DNA of 64,000 nucleotides from a virus (taxonomy: Duplodnaviria > Caudoviricetes). The position numbers were made by a program, and so were the translations under genes. The notes under the pieces are model-generated. The model had not been told where the DNA came from, searched no databases, and worked only from the letters and a program-made list of their open reading frames with translations. Positions 48,801 to 55,851 of the stretch are shown piece by piece. Location of the stretch: the IMG/VR virus record IMGVR_UViG_3300017913_001833, positions 82,381 through 146,380 of that record; one strand, written 5' to 3'. Numbering within the stretch: the first letter of the stretch is position 1; the number at the start of each line of letters is the position of its first letter.

Positions 48801-51787
48801 GTTCTGTAAGTATTGTCTGTATATTTTGTTGGTTCATAAGCAGGATACAACCCTAACTTTGTAGGTGTAGCAGGTACATAACAACCATTTGTATTTTCAT
48901 ATTCGTATATTGTAACTACATCATCTTCTGCTTTAGTTGCTGTGATAACAGCAAAGCCTTCTGAATTAAATGTGTAATCTTTTCCATGAATTAACTGTAC
49001 ACCATTGAGATAAACGGTGACTGCTTTTTTGCTTAGGACAGTTTTATCAAACGCTCCACTTAGTGCAAAGAAGTTATTATTTGGATCATCTATAACATAA
49101 CGTAGTTCTTTAGCAGCACCCAACGGAACCATATCACTAAAGAAAAACGGTTGTGTTTCTGTCTTACTACTGTTAAGTTCTGCAAAAATTAAATCAACAT
49201 GTGTTTTAATATCGCCTTCAAAACCAAGTGTTTCAGCAACCTGCATAAATCTACGTTTAAACTTTGCATATTCTTTTCTTGAATATCTAATACTGTTTAC
49301 AATATTGCTTTCTACACTTGTCAAATGATATAAAACGTGATTTATTAAGCCACTGTGTTTTACAAATCTAGTGCCGTTGTTTGATACTTTTCCAAGATCT
49401 CTTAGATTGCTTATGCCCGGATAAACTCCACTGAAGTCATCTAATTCTTCTACTATAGAATTTACATGATCATTTACTTCGCCTAAGGTAAATTCTGTCA
49501 TGTTTCTGTTGAGAGGATTTCTTTCAAAGTTTATAGGAAATTCATACGTGCCATTAGCAGTTTTTTCTTTACTACTTTTTGTTTTAATTAAAATTTTATC
49601 GCCAGCAGTTAAATCTTTTATAAATTCAACCTGCTTTACATTGTTGACATCTGTTTTGAATTTATAATCTACATTTTCTTTCTGTATTTTGTTATTTTTG
49701 TAAACTCTAATCCATAAGTCAGTAAGTGTTGCACTTTCAGAATATACATCAATATCAAATTCAGTTTGGTTACTGTAAACGTATTGACGTAATACTTTTT
49801 GACAACTTAAATTTTTGCCTTTTGTGAAACCAGTTTCAAATTCAAATGAATCAATGTCACTATATTTTTTAATAAATGTAACATCACTCTTGACATCTAT
49901 TAATGTGTTGTCAGACTGATATGAAAAACTTTGATTGAGTAAATCAAATTCAAATAGTATATCACCACTGTTGTTTATATTTCTATAAGATAATGCAAAT
50001 CCTAATTCAGTATCATTTGCGCCTGAACCAACCTTATATGAAAATAGTTTATTACCAGCAAAATTACTCGCATCGTATACTGTTTGATCACTATAGCTAT
50101 TACCTTTATCATCAAAAAGATCAAATAACGGACTTGTGTTTACATCTGTTTTGTCTTGTCCTTGCTTCCACACTTTACCATTATAGTAAAACATTTTACC
50201 TTTGTAAACATCACCTTGCCTTACAAGGACAGTTTCATTTTCAATAGCGTCAGTATCTGTTTCGTCTAGTAGCGCAATTTGTTTTCTACTGTTGTGTGTT
50301 ATAAACGTAACCTTAAATATCTTACCGTATACTCTTATATCACTGTCTCCTAAGAATAGTATACGCATACCTTCAGACAAATCTACATTGTCTATATTGT
50401 AACCTGTTGATCCTTCAATAGTACTGCGTACATCTCCAGTAAATGTATCAACTAAGTCAACATCAGTTTTGTTTTTTGTACCAAAATTGAAAAGTCTTAT
50501 TCCTGATTCAAATTCTATAATAGGACGACTTGCTCTGTTAGTTTGATCTACTTCAACAGGTTGGTTGTTTATTTTTGCACTTTGCTCAATTACATCTCTA
50601 TGAAACCAGCGATTATATCTGCTCCATAAGTTACCATCTATTGCGGCTCTGTCAATTACAATATAATCTCTTTTTACAGGATAACCTATACTTTGGCCGA
50701 ATGGCAAACGGTCAAAAGATCCTCCATCAAAAGGATTTGTTATATTAGTAGTAAAGGTAGTAGGCACATCTAAACTATCTTCTTTTATAAGTTTAATTGC
50801 TTTACCTACACCCTCAACATAATATTCACCTTTTGAATATTTGCTAGGAGATACATCGCCAATAAAATAAACTTTCATTCCGTTTGAAAGTTCAAAACCA
50901 TTACTTGCTTTATATGTCTTTTTACCTAAAACTTCTTCTTCAACATTTATCTTTGTTGCTTCTTCAATATTATAGACTTCAATTATACCAGCCGCGCCTT
51001 CATCATTATCACTCATGTAATAAATTACGTTTGGTGTTTGTTCGTCTAATTTAAATTCTACTACACCTTCTTCTATAGCATCAGTAGAATCTTGGAACAC
51101 ATTGTAGCTAGAATCGTTAGTACGCTTAGTCCTAAACACCATTGGTAGGCCAGGAGCATTTATTTCAAATCTATATGTAATGCCTCTATATAATTTTAGC
51201 ACTGGATTGGCAGTTTTGCCGTCTGGACTAAACACATAACTTCTATTATCAAGATTGTCTTGTGCTGTAACAGTATATGTGCTTACAACATCAACTGTAG
51301 TGCCTGCCACTGGTACACTCTGTGGTCCAGTTGGTAGCCAATAGTATTCACGAAAGTTTACAAACTTATCCCAATCAATATGCGGATTCCATGCATAGTA
51401 TTCTTGTGCAGAAAGTTTATCGTGATTTGCATTGGCACCATTAAAGTTTCCTATTTGATTTACGTAATCATTGTAGTCTTTATAGTACGTAACGTTGCCT
51501 AATGTATCCTTTATAACACTTGCAGGCTCAAACTGATAGTCTTCTCTAGATTTGCTAACATCACCTACATAGTTGTCATCTGCTGTATACGCATCTGTAA
51601 TCTTACGTCCATAATATCCGTTTACTTTCTCAGCAACCCCCGGTTGTATCATTTGGTCAAACGTTGCACTTAAAAACTTTTTATTTTGCCTAGTACGGAA
51701 GTACTTAGGTAAGTGATTTACGCTTGAACGTTTTGTAGGGCCTCCCGCTGGTAGTGCAGGATCATTCTGATTGTCGTCATAAGCCAT
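36872..51787 (-). CDS. Giant (4971 aa) virion structural protein, probable baseplate wedge-associated scaffold
   Basis: Uninterrupted 14.9-kb ORF directly downstream of the gp6-like gene, with FG-GAP-like blades, CBM5/12-like modules and GDGST-type repeats. Confidence 0.75.
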   Translation of the reverse strand: MAYDDNQNDPALPAGGPTKRSSVNHLPKYFRTRQNKKFLSATFDQMIQPGVAEKVNGYYGRKITDAYTADDNYVGDVSKSREDYQFEPASVIKDTLGNVTYYKDYNDYVNQIGNFNGANANHDKLSAQEYYAWNPHIDWDKFVNFREYYWLPTGPQSVPVAGTTVDVVSTYTVTAQDNLDNRSYVFSPDGKTANPVLKLYRGITYRFEINAPGLPMVFRTKRTNDSSYNVFQDSTDAIEEGVVEFKLDEQTPNVIYYMSDNDEGAAGIIEVYNIEEATKINVEEEVLGKKTYKASNGFELSNGMKVYFIGDVSPSKYSKGEYYVEGVGKAIKLIKEDSLDVPTTFTTNITNPFDGGSFDRLPFGQSIGYPVKRDYIVIDRAAIDGNLWSRYNRWFHRDVIEQSAKINNQPVEVDQTNRASRPIIEFESGIRLFNFGTKNKTDVDLVDTFTGDVRSTIEGSTGYNIDNVDLSEGMRILFLGDSDIRVYGKIFKVTFITHNSRKQIALLDETDTDAIENETVLVRQGDVYKGKMFYYNGKVWKQGQDKTDVNTSPLFDLFDDKGNSYSDQTVYDASNFAGNKLFSYKVGSGANDTELGFALSYRNINNSGDILFEFDLLNQSFSYQSDNTLIDVKSDVTFIKKYSDIDSFEFETGFTKGKNLSCQKVLRQYVYSNQTEFDIDVYSESATLTDLWIRVYKNNKIQKENVDYKFKTDVNNVKQVEFIKDLTAGDKILIKTKSSKEKTANGTYEFPINFERNPLNRNMTEFTLGEVNDHVNSIVEELDDFSGVYPGISNLRDLGKVSNNGTRFVKHSGLINHVLYHLTSVESNIVNSIRYSRKEYAKFKRRFMQVAETLGFEGDIKTHVDLIFAELNSSKTETQPFFFSDMVPLGAAKELRYVIDDPNNNFFALSGAFDKTVLSKKAVTVYLNGVQLIHGKDYTFNSEGFAVITATKAEDDVVTIYEYENTNGCYVPATPTKLGLYPAYEPTKYTDNTYRTTVDVIQGHDGSIVKAYDDFRDNLILELEKRIYNNIKIAYDETNFDLTDYVEGDVRDVNTPKANVDKGMLSDFIDWTKIADTQYTKNNLVRSDSFTFNYESMQSPTGKVLPGYWRQVYMLAYDTDRPHTHPWEMLGFQIKPTWWETKYGPAPYTGDNLVLWQDLEAGKIAEPNKAARYIEKYKRPNLTQHIPAGPSGELLSPLASGYAQNFTSLGIEDNFKFGDGAPVESAWRKSSEYPFSLITSLVLNAPARMFATAFDRSRQTRDVSGQIIYKDTGKHIELDKIVYPASVEDDIQTYTSGIVNYIADYMFVDITASYKTYKEAVSAITNNVGFKLGAFTEKAKFKLILDSRSPSNQGNVFVPEENYEIFLNTSTPIKTVAYSGVIVEKVSGGYTVRGYSNTSAVFKTHKVIKQQSDPVITIGGISEDFLKWTDGKYYEQGYIVEYQNAYYRITESHTSGAALDSTKSKKLAELPINGGVRASFAKLFNTEIVTEVNYGTTFGSIQEVVDFMLGYGKWLEEQGFVFDNYDGNEAIVQDWAYSSKQFMFWTTQRWDNGTLLTVSPAAQKLKFVSDYSVVSNVYETLLGYSLVKADGKKLNTEFIAVGRETPNEFYMHTRNTADGIYAITLPLVQKEHVVMLDNKTVFGDIIYDQEPGYRQERIKVAGYKTDEWNGSISIPGFFYDSAKIVEWTPWTDYDIGSIVKHKEFYYSADIKIPGTETFVDSQWARLTDKPAGGLYSNWDYKAIQFTDFYDLDSDNFDVEQQRLAQHLIGYQKRQYLENIINDDVSQYKFYQGMIQDKGTKNALTKMFDALASADKDSLEFYEEWAIKDGQYGAVDSFEEVDYLLDETAFKLAPQPVELVQRVDSNDTDLIFKIQPYQVYQKTENYDHKPFPTTYVSKPYVKDAGYTNLEDVKIVTDTYNSLLDIQFEDIRQGDYVWVGTDGQTWNVYKYTNTPNIITSVTSGDEEFTLNLSTSAVDISVGDIIGIFDVESVEGFYTVKSIVGDNVTVSYDEAVDDVASTKGYITRFTKVRASDVDHANKIAQKTLEDRDILWIDSASDGKWSVVENTNNYVEAQVITNTYGDDSTLGQFASALAVNKRNTIMAVGMPDQGNGKVLVYTRPSETTNWVLRQELTPLTNASLDGERFGASVDVSEDGKYIYVGSPNASHVKTRYQDDYVSSQDYLKNDIVKYDSAIWRAERGIEGEEASIQFDSFNSVTGIRIALGLTDENDDAPTVLATGNFPLPNVSTDQIIVRAPYNQYQGSKVGDTISLKWNQRSNAYQNRNVIEDIAPFNSRFPSISPQFLTGEHQILYKIDSVLYVDGATNTPIVGDVIETSGASGTVAYVFSVGAQVSIYMKDVNGSFPTAGSLFFDNGDFVGEFVKSLHSDDADYSAQWGGYWVIDSVVAYTTGATTSANIDPGRGLVYEDFTPSGQTNQNRRYFNSLDYDDDSSVNSENSIGSYIRTLNTQGAPGAGGVTAPIYDSRYIVKAAKALTDSVTIGDKINLYVDQLPRWNDNSYQDVTEIGLTTAITNKEQTITDIWDGYIKFNFTKFDSLGNVFEPIVLGGGDALRVRDLSTGAEADVVFYERDGLNATIYVKNTTGTFSLGNDFGDNTEIEFIGDAGRANPLYQADRVFGQIDKVGFSYAPFGIGKFLVFDGVPAVLPSENILLEAEYWFYDNAKVDGIPRQATIPNPDSNDWTEVYKIPVDAFAERNLSTRINEGMFSIWQSTPGGEYEAEGYYINEYRADNQRLGTTVKGAKMNDLYRLFVYADKGGEDSTPPEGLGTIYQYKKGTENNASFDWDSAKNKRFQGEFSTARSYQEDDIIILGNGLLKAKTNLAAGSFNTNDWTSTDDLLDYVGYLPNDTTFSVTNDSTDGSTVLDQSAMGLFGKTFDVSLNGEVLVASVTYNADKPNGIVVYRINNGFYEYSQLIEASSKTIGFGESVSIADDGMSLAISAPTDDDIDADQGTVFIYRQKDGVFVLDQTLNSPKNERAEQFGFTVSYTGDVLAIGSKNADSVFESSFDIYSEKKKGSTYVNDPTSTITGTVTTFDNNFTKFRKVNIDDGVVYVYENIGGKLLYADIAQYNDPDVGYFGRNIVARNNHVIVGLPRIPNAATTGRIVDYRVPNKVWTNKRTPKDTVDLNKIKKVTLYDVKTKELLSYLDYVDVLQGKIPGVAEQELRYKTYYDPATYSVGTGVVVDKLNTWGPEQVGQLWWDLNNAKFLNPYQGDITYSTNNWNKLYTGSSIDVYEWVESSLLPTAWNDQADTNDGLAQGISGQAKNTANYVEKQVYDPISQAFTTKYFYWVKDKKTIPNNEFRTESAFNTAMLIKDPYSYGYKFISFISNNQFVINNCDTLIKGKDTAISIQYYTLEDQDTNIHNQYQLVSDGLSTSKPNRDIERKWYDSLIGYDTRNRPVPDNTLGAKKKYGILNTPRQSMFINNVEALKQVIERVNGVLKTNLVVETKNLNNLNYLEQAPSSISRLYDTSVDSYAELEFIGVAKSKQAVLTPVIENGKIVRVTITDPGRGYLVVPTYKITGDGEGAEFTLTIDTLGKVTSVTVNNQGENYGADTTISVRKFTALVNADETIQGKWAIYERLEDSATWNRIRSQAYNTTLYWEYTDWYDTGYNATTEIDYLIDYSYQLSGLNDSIGDVVKISSIGTGGWLLLQKIDEKTTTDYTVNYKTIGRQDGTIQFKRGLYDVTASLNGFDTISFDVQFYDSQPTIEQRRILETIRDDIFVNDLEVEYNKLFLASIRYAFSEQPNVDWAFKTSFVKAQHNVGQLREDITFNNDNLPSYEDYLEEVKPFKTKLREYLSSYERLEPTRSVITDFDLSPRYLEGSKTILPHNAQVLEDMIVGTDKDITTYPYRHWLDNASYQIKSVNIYDGGLKYVEPPVVTAVGGGGTGAKFQTYLGANGKITSIEVINPGSGYISAPTLEINGSNPDGKDARISAVIGHETVRSFTTHVKFDRISSSYIITKLDETENFTGTGAKYIFDLKWPIDLMPSNITITVGGTELLSSEYTYRNKVDNTKTYQRYKGEITFTTPPAIAKAIVIKYKKSPDLLTAQDRVNLLYDPTTGMFGKDLAQVMDGIDYGGVEVKSFGFENLGGFDAEGWFTGKWDSYDETYEDEVFKFDGSTTQIELAKALENGVEYNVYKNNVRIDDPDYDGSTVITNKNATMETLVGDGETTILYLDNYNIRVADGDTLVIRKKTSDGSFLADPAGYDTVIEGGNLGYTTATGLAAEDISVDGDGFVTPTTSKGPEEIVPGQVIDTVDIQVYERPTGGGSNIRSFNYIGDGSTKTFSIDQNIAFNNNLFVKVGDSIQTDDDYTFSTDRKSITLDVAPATGVRLTIVSLDVAGKNVLDYGTFVGDGSTVDFLTNIRFTENMSHYATIDGVKQNTILVESDDSSFDVPGNVVIRFPEPIANDKIINFGVFEGLTQNYSSVQIDEFIGDGSSLTYTLATTPFSAKPSEHNTIVKVNDTILTAGYSQQFAVSDTREYRLDLWQVPLGTFNHQDLLVYLNDEELTYGEQWNFVSAGEFDSTIRDENDIDPVTGEPRVILDQQEGSTVTLLPGVGTTGDTLRVYAIKDGQYAYGYWDSEGEFQRTPGTIYMDNVYESSDIITVYTFNNDSIQDIERQEFDVVERTKLTYGSENWYQLRHLRNGLIELRKPATDAQYVWVAKNGTLLSPSVDYYVTDNKKYLKIVHDIAENDTIDIIHFAATQLVQKFGWRQFKDMLNRTHYKRLTGAEDVLLVRDLYPWDKTIEVENGDKLPQPPANPTQPSIIFIEGERIEYFVRDGNTLKQLRRATLGTGAKDVYKEGTEVYQQGIDQNMPYKDETITLTLDGDGTSTEFQLDWTPSSVNEFEVFVAGKRMRKNSISSYQFETIDGNGNTVSAPQMDSPEGDVTLVPEFTVSGTTLTLAEPAPENAKVIIIRKQGRIWSDPGTQLSKAEGNIARFLRNSTTDLPR

Positions 51788-51935
51788 TAGTAGTAACTTC
51801 CTCCGCCACCGCTACTTCCGCTTCCTGAGCTGCCTGATGAGCTTCCTGAGCTTCCTGAGCTAGAACTTGTTGTATATGTTATAGTTGTTGTGCCTGTGCT
51901 TGTAGTTGATCCTGTGCTTGTTATACCTGCATTAG
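51787..51935 (-). repeat. Low-complexity Ser/Gly/Thr tail (imperfect GCTTCCTGA repeats) ending GGGGSYY
   Basis: Protein end ...STGSTTSTGTTTITYTTSSSSGSSGSSSGSSGSGSSGGGGSYY. Confidence 0.8.
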
Positions 51936-54900
51936 CAGTTGGACTTTCTGTAATAACGTTTCCTGCTGCTTTCAATCTACTTGCTGTAATAGCATCAATA
52001 ATATCAATGTCAGAAACTTGTGCGCCACTTATAAAAATTTCATCGCTTTCTGATTTGATTTCATATAGACTACCAAATGTTTGTGTTTCGTCTTGTGGGA
52101 CAATAACAAACGTTGTAAGGTCTGGTGCTAATTGATTCATTACATAAGCACTTAGCTCACTGAAATAAAATGTCTCACCAAAGTCCCAATTTTCTAAACT
52201 AAAGAATTCATTAATTGCACTAATAACTCTTGATTTTACATCATTGTCATTTATTACTTTGTCAGGATTTTTTACTATTTTAAATTGTGCTTGCAAATCA
52301 CCACTCGCTTTGTTGCCAAATAATATTTTATATTTTACCGGATGATAAATTATTTCATCACTTATAGATTTTACTTCATTTAATTTTGATCCAAAATTTT
52401 GGAATAATGCATCACTGCTAGGAGGTAACGGTTTACTTGCAGTAGAACTATCAAGATACTGTCTAAATGCTGTATCGTATGCTCTTGTCAACAAGTAAGT
52501 GTCAACAATGTTACTTGCACTAGGATCTATACGTGTGCTTGCGTCTGCAGCATGTACATAATGGAACTTAAGATTGTCCCTGCCCACTTTTGCTTTGTAG
52601 TCATCAGTTATTGTAAGTGTGCTTGCAGTTTTATCTAACACTTTAAAAACCTTTTCGTCTATGAGATAAAATACCGTGCCGTCATCGTATGCACTATATG
52701 CACCAACGGCTGTTTGGTTTTGCTTAACGTTTATTTTTAATGTGTTGTTACTGACATAATTAAAATCCTCTACACCGTCTGATGATTTCATTTTGCGTAA
52801 GAAAATATATTTTTCAATAGGATTAGTTGTTTCATCTACTATTTCTTCAAATATTTGCGGATCATCAACTACACCATCATCGTCGGAATCAAAGAAAGAC
52901 ACTTGTATTTTTTTACTATTAACATAGCCTTCAGCATCTCTAAATTCTTCTTTTATTTCCCAATCAAAGTCTACTGTAAAACTATCTGTACTATCTGGTT
53001 TTTTATTAATGCTTAGAACACTAATTTTATCTTTGATCGTTTTGCCTGTGAGATTATTATAAATCTTATCACTTGAATCATAATAGAATTTTACTTCTTG
53101 ATCACTTTCAAAGACATAACGGCTACCACGATATGTTATAGTATATTTTTCACCATCAGTTTGGAAAAGTAATAACCAACTTGCATCAAGTTTTTGTCCG
53201 CTTACATCGCCTGTCTTACCTATACTAAAAGCTGTGTTGAGTCGTAAGTTCTCTTCAGATATAAGTTTCCATTCTCCGCTAGTTCTATCAAATCTTAAAC
53301 CAAATGTGTTGTATGCATTTACTTGGTCAATAATTTGTGTTTGAACTTCGGAAGTAATTTCAGTTGCAATGTTTGGACGTATTTCAACAAGTTGTGCATC
53401 AGTTGGAATAGTGTCATTTAACAGAACTGCTCCTACACCGTCATCATTTGTTGTTGTACCATCACCTTCAACACTTACAACTTTACTCCATTTATATGTA
53501 ACAGCATTAGGATGGTCGGCTGCACCTGGCATCAATGAATGTGAATTGTCAGCCATAAAATGTTTACCTGCCGGTGCTACAAATTTTACTAGCGAGCCAG
53601 GCTTAACAAACTGTAATGTTGAACTTGTAAATGTTCCTAGTTGAATTTTTACACCTGCTGTACTTTCAAATATACCTGTTGTATTATTTGTTTCATCTGT
53701 TTTTTGTTTCCATTGAATATTCAAATCTGTAACATCAATTTTAGGAAACGTATTTGAATAAAAGTTTTTAATTAGTGTGCTTCTAAGTATAGGTTGTATA
53801 GTATTGTTAATAGCACCACTTATGTCTGTAGTTGTACTGAAAGTAAATGTTGCTTTTGAATCTAAAAAGTCTTTGTACACAACACCATCAGTGGCAAACA
53901 TATTTGTTTTTGAATACTTGCCAGTTGCATCTAACAAATCAAAATATCTGCTTATACCGCTGGCTGTTCTGTTAACACTTTTTGTCTTAACAATTTCTTG
54001 TGACACAGTTAATGGAACAATCTGATAATCTTCAGCAGTGATCATTCTATTCTGTGTATAGTATGTTGCAGGTGCATTATTTTTAATGCTTGCACTTGTT
54101 TCACTTACTGTTGCATTGTCAACAGTGTATTGTAATGAATATATTATTGTTAATGTTTCAACTGATCCTGACCTTGCAATATAAGGTATCTTAATTGATA
54201 TGCCCTTCATTTCATCAGGGGTAATAATCATACGCTGATTTTTACTACTTCTATAGTATGCTCTAAATGTTCCTTTAGGTAGGTTACCAAAAACACCATC
54301 CGAAAATACAATTGATATTCTATCTTCAACTCTAGTAAGTACACTGTAAAAGTTTCTTACACTTTTGTTTAAACTATTATAGATAACATTATTGCCTTCA
54401 GTTGCTGCAACTTTTGTCCATTGCTCTACTTCTTGTCCATTTGAATCAAGTTTGTAAAGCCATACATCTGTATCGTTTACATTTACAGCATCAATAGCAA
54501 CAACTTGATTAGTTGTTGGATTTGTAATTGTAAAAGGTCCTTGGTCTAATGCACCTTGACGGAAGTGACTGAAGAACCCTGTATTTGTACTTCCATTACC
54601 TCTACCGTCATTTCTATATAACATAGCAAAGTTGTTACCTGGGAATGGTGCTTCTTCTTCAATAGCACCATCTCCAATGTCTGTGCTAACAATTTCAAAT
54701 CTGTTATTGCTTCCATTGACTGCTTTGTTAAAACTGTAAACAGGCACATCTTGGTTTGTGCTGTTAAATCTATACTGCTCTGTAGGTACGCCTGCGATAG
54801 TGTCTTTTTTGAACGGACGACCAAATGTTCCATTGACAGGTAGTGCAGCATTCATAATAAGGATAAACTGTTCGTACCAGTCTGGATTAGCAGGATCATT

Positions 54901-55332
54901 CCAAAGTATAGCTTGGTTTTCTAAATTTGTGTTATTGCTGTCAATAATTTCTTCAGTGGTTGTTACACTTTCAACTTTAAGCAAACCGTTCGCCGCTTGG
55001 TTACGCTTAGGATTGTATGAAAGCAAACGTGCAAGACGCAACACACTTTCTCTACGCTCTGCAAGTTCAAGGAAGTTTTCTCTAGCGTTTAAGTCTGTGC
55101 GGAATGCAAGGTTTTGACCTAGATATGCAATCATATCTATTAGTGCAATATATTCACTTGATTCTGTGTAATCGTTGAAATCCTCAGGATAGTTTTCTCT
55201 GAGGTAATTAATCATTGTACGTCTTAGATTGTCAAAGTCATAGCTTTGAAAATCTGCGTTTCTGTAGCTTTGATAGATACGTTTCCAATCTTCTGCTACA
55301 AGTAGTCTATTTTGTCTATCTGTAGATGACAT
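51787..55332 (-). CDS. gp6: Baseplate wedge subunit, T4 gp6-like
   Basis: DFDNLRRTMINYL...FND...LIDMIAY...NARENFLELAERRESVLRLARLLSYNP; FSDGVFGNLP; IKNNAP..Y.TQNRMITAEDY. Confidence 0.85.
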   Translation of the reverse strand: MSSTDRQNRLLVAEDWKRIYQSYRNADFQSYDFDNLRRTMINYLRENYPEDFNDYTESSEYIALIDMIAYLGQNLAFRTDLNARENFLELAERRESVLRLARLLSYNPKRNQAANGLLKVESVTTTEEIIDSNNTNLENQAILWNDPANPDWYEQFILIMNAALPVNGTFGRPFKKDTIAGVPTEQYRFNSTNQDVPVYSFNKAVNGSNNRFEIVSTDIGDGAIEEEAPFPGNNFAMLYRNDGRGNGSTNTGFFSHFRQGALDQGPFTITNPTTNQVVAIDAVNVNDTDVWLYKLDSNGQEVEQWTKVAATEGNNVIYNSLNKSVRNFYSVLTRVEDRISIVFSDGVFGNLPKGTFRAYYRSSKNQRMIITPDEMKGISIKIPYIARSGSVETLTIIYSLQYTVDNATVSETSASIKNNAPATYYTQNRMITAEDYQIVPLTVSQEIVKTKSVNRTASGISRYFDLLDATGKYSKTNMFATDGVVYKDFLDSKATFTFSTTTDISGAINNTIQPILRSTLIKNFYSNTFPKIDVTDLNIQWKQKTDETNNTTGIFESTAGVKIQLGTFTSSTLQFVKPGSLVKFVAPAGKHFMADNSHSLMPGAADHPNAVTYKWSKVVSVEGDGTTTNDDGVGAVLLNDTIPTDAQLVEIRPNIATEITSEVQTQIIDQVNAYNTFGLRFDRTSGEWKLISEENLRLNTAFSIGKTGDVSGQKLDASWLLLFQTDGEKYTITYRGSRYVFESDQEVKFYYDSSDKIYNNLTGKTIKDKISVLSINKKPDSTDSFTVDFDWEIKEEFRDAEGYVNSKKIQVSFFDSDDDGVVDDPQIFEEIVDETTNPIEKYIFLRKMKSSDGVEDFNYVSNNTLKINVKQNQTAVGAYSAYDDGTVFYLIDEKVFKVLDKTASTLTITDDYKAKVGRDNLKFHYVHAADASTRIDPSASNIVDTYLLTRAYDTAFRQYLDSSTASKPLPPSSDALFQNFGSKLNEVKSISDEIIYHPVKYKILFGNKASGDLQAQFKIVKNPDKVINDNDVKSRVISAINEFFSLENWDFGETFYFSELSAYVMNQLAPDLTTFVIVPQDETQTFGSLYEIKSESDEIFISGAQVSDIDIIDAITASRLKAAGNVITESPTANAGITSTGSTTSTGTTTITYTTSSSSGSSGSSSGSSGSGSSGGGGSYY

Positions 55333-55355
55333 TGCGGCTTCCTTGTTCTATACAG

Positions 55356-55362
55356 TATTTAT
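55356..55362 (-). promoter_or_regulatory. Late promoter core ATAAATA upstream of the gp6-like gene
   Basis: tatttat at 55356-55362, with an AAGGA Shine-Dalgarno sequence downstream on -. Confidence 0.6.
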
Positions 55363-55389
55363 TATGATTAGAAAAGTGCGTACTTAATT

Positions 55390-55839
55390 TTAAGCCAAAA
55401 ATCCAGCATTTTGATCAAACTTCAAACGTAGATTTTCTGATATATTGTAAGGCAAATATGATAGGTCTATCTCAATTTGTAATCCACTTTCGTATTGATC
55501 AAGGCTTACATTTGTTACTTGCACTCTCGGGTCATAATTTACAATAGTTGTTACATTCTCAACTATCGCTTCTTTTAGTTGTTCAGTAAGCGGATCAAAC
55601 AAAACGTCCCAAATTATAGTGCCAAATTCTGGATCACTTAATTTTTCACCTTGACGTATATGAAAATGGTTTAGAATATCTTGCTTTATAAGTGCAAGAT
55701 CATAAAGTACAGTTTCATTGTTTTCCGGATTGACAGTTGATATACCTCTATAGGCACGACTTTTTACACCGTACTGGGTGCTTGTACCTGTGCCTTGTAC
55801 TTCAATCTGTTTGTATAACTTCTTTTCTCTTGTACTCAT
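55390..55839 (-). CDS. gp25: Baseplate wedge subunit, T4 gp25-like
   Basis: LIKQDILNHFHIRQGEKLSDPEFGT...LFDP...YDPRV is the GPW/gp25 signature. Confidence 0.88.
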   Translation of the reverse strand: MSTREKKLYKQIEVQGTGTSTQYGVKSRAYRGISTVNPENNETVLYDLALIKQDILNHFHIRQGEKLSDPEFGTIIWDVLFDPLTEQLKEAIVENVTTIVNYDPRVQVTNVSLDQYESGLQIEIDLSYLPYNISENLRLKFDQNAGFLA

Positions 55840-55844
55840 AATAC

Positions 55845-55851
55845 TATTTAC
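55845..55851 (-). promoter_or_regulatory. Late promoter core GTAAATA containing the gp5 stop codon, 5 nt before the gp25 ATG
   Basis: Minus strand reads AGG-TAA-ATA-GTATT-ATG. Confidence 0.55.

Noticed and set aside
36872-51787. Intein, intron or tape-measure identity for the giant ORF
   Set aside because: No intein splice motifs or homing-endonuclease motifs were noticed, and the sequence is beta-rich and aromatic rather than the Ala/Leu/Gln helical pattern of tape measures.
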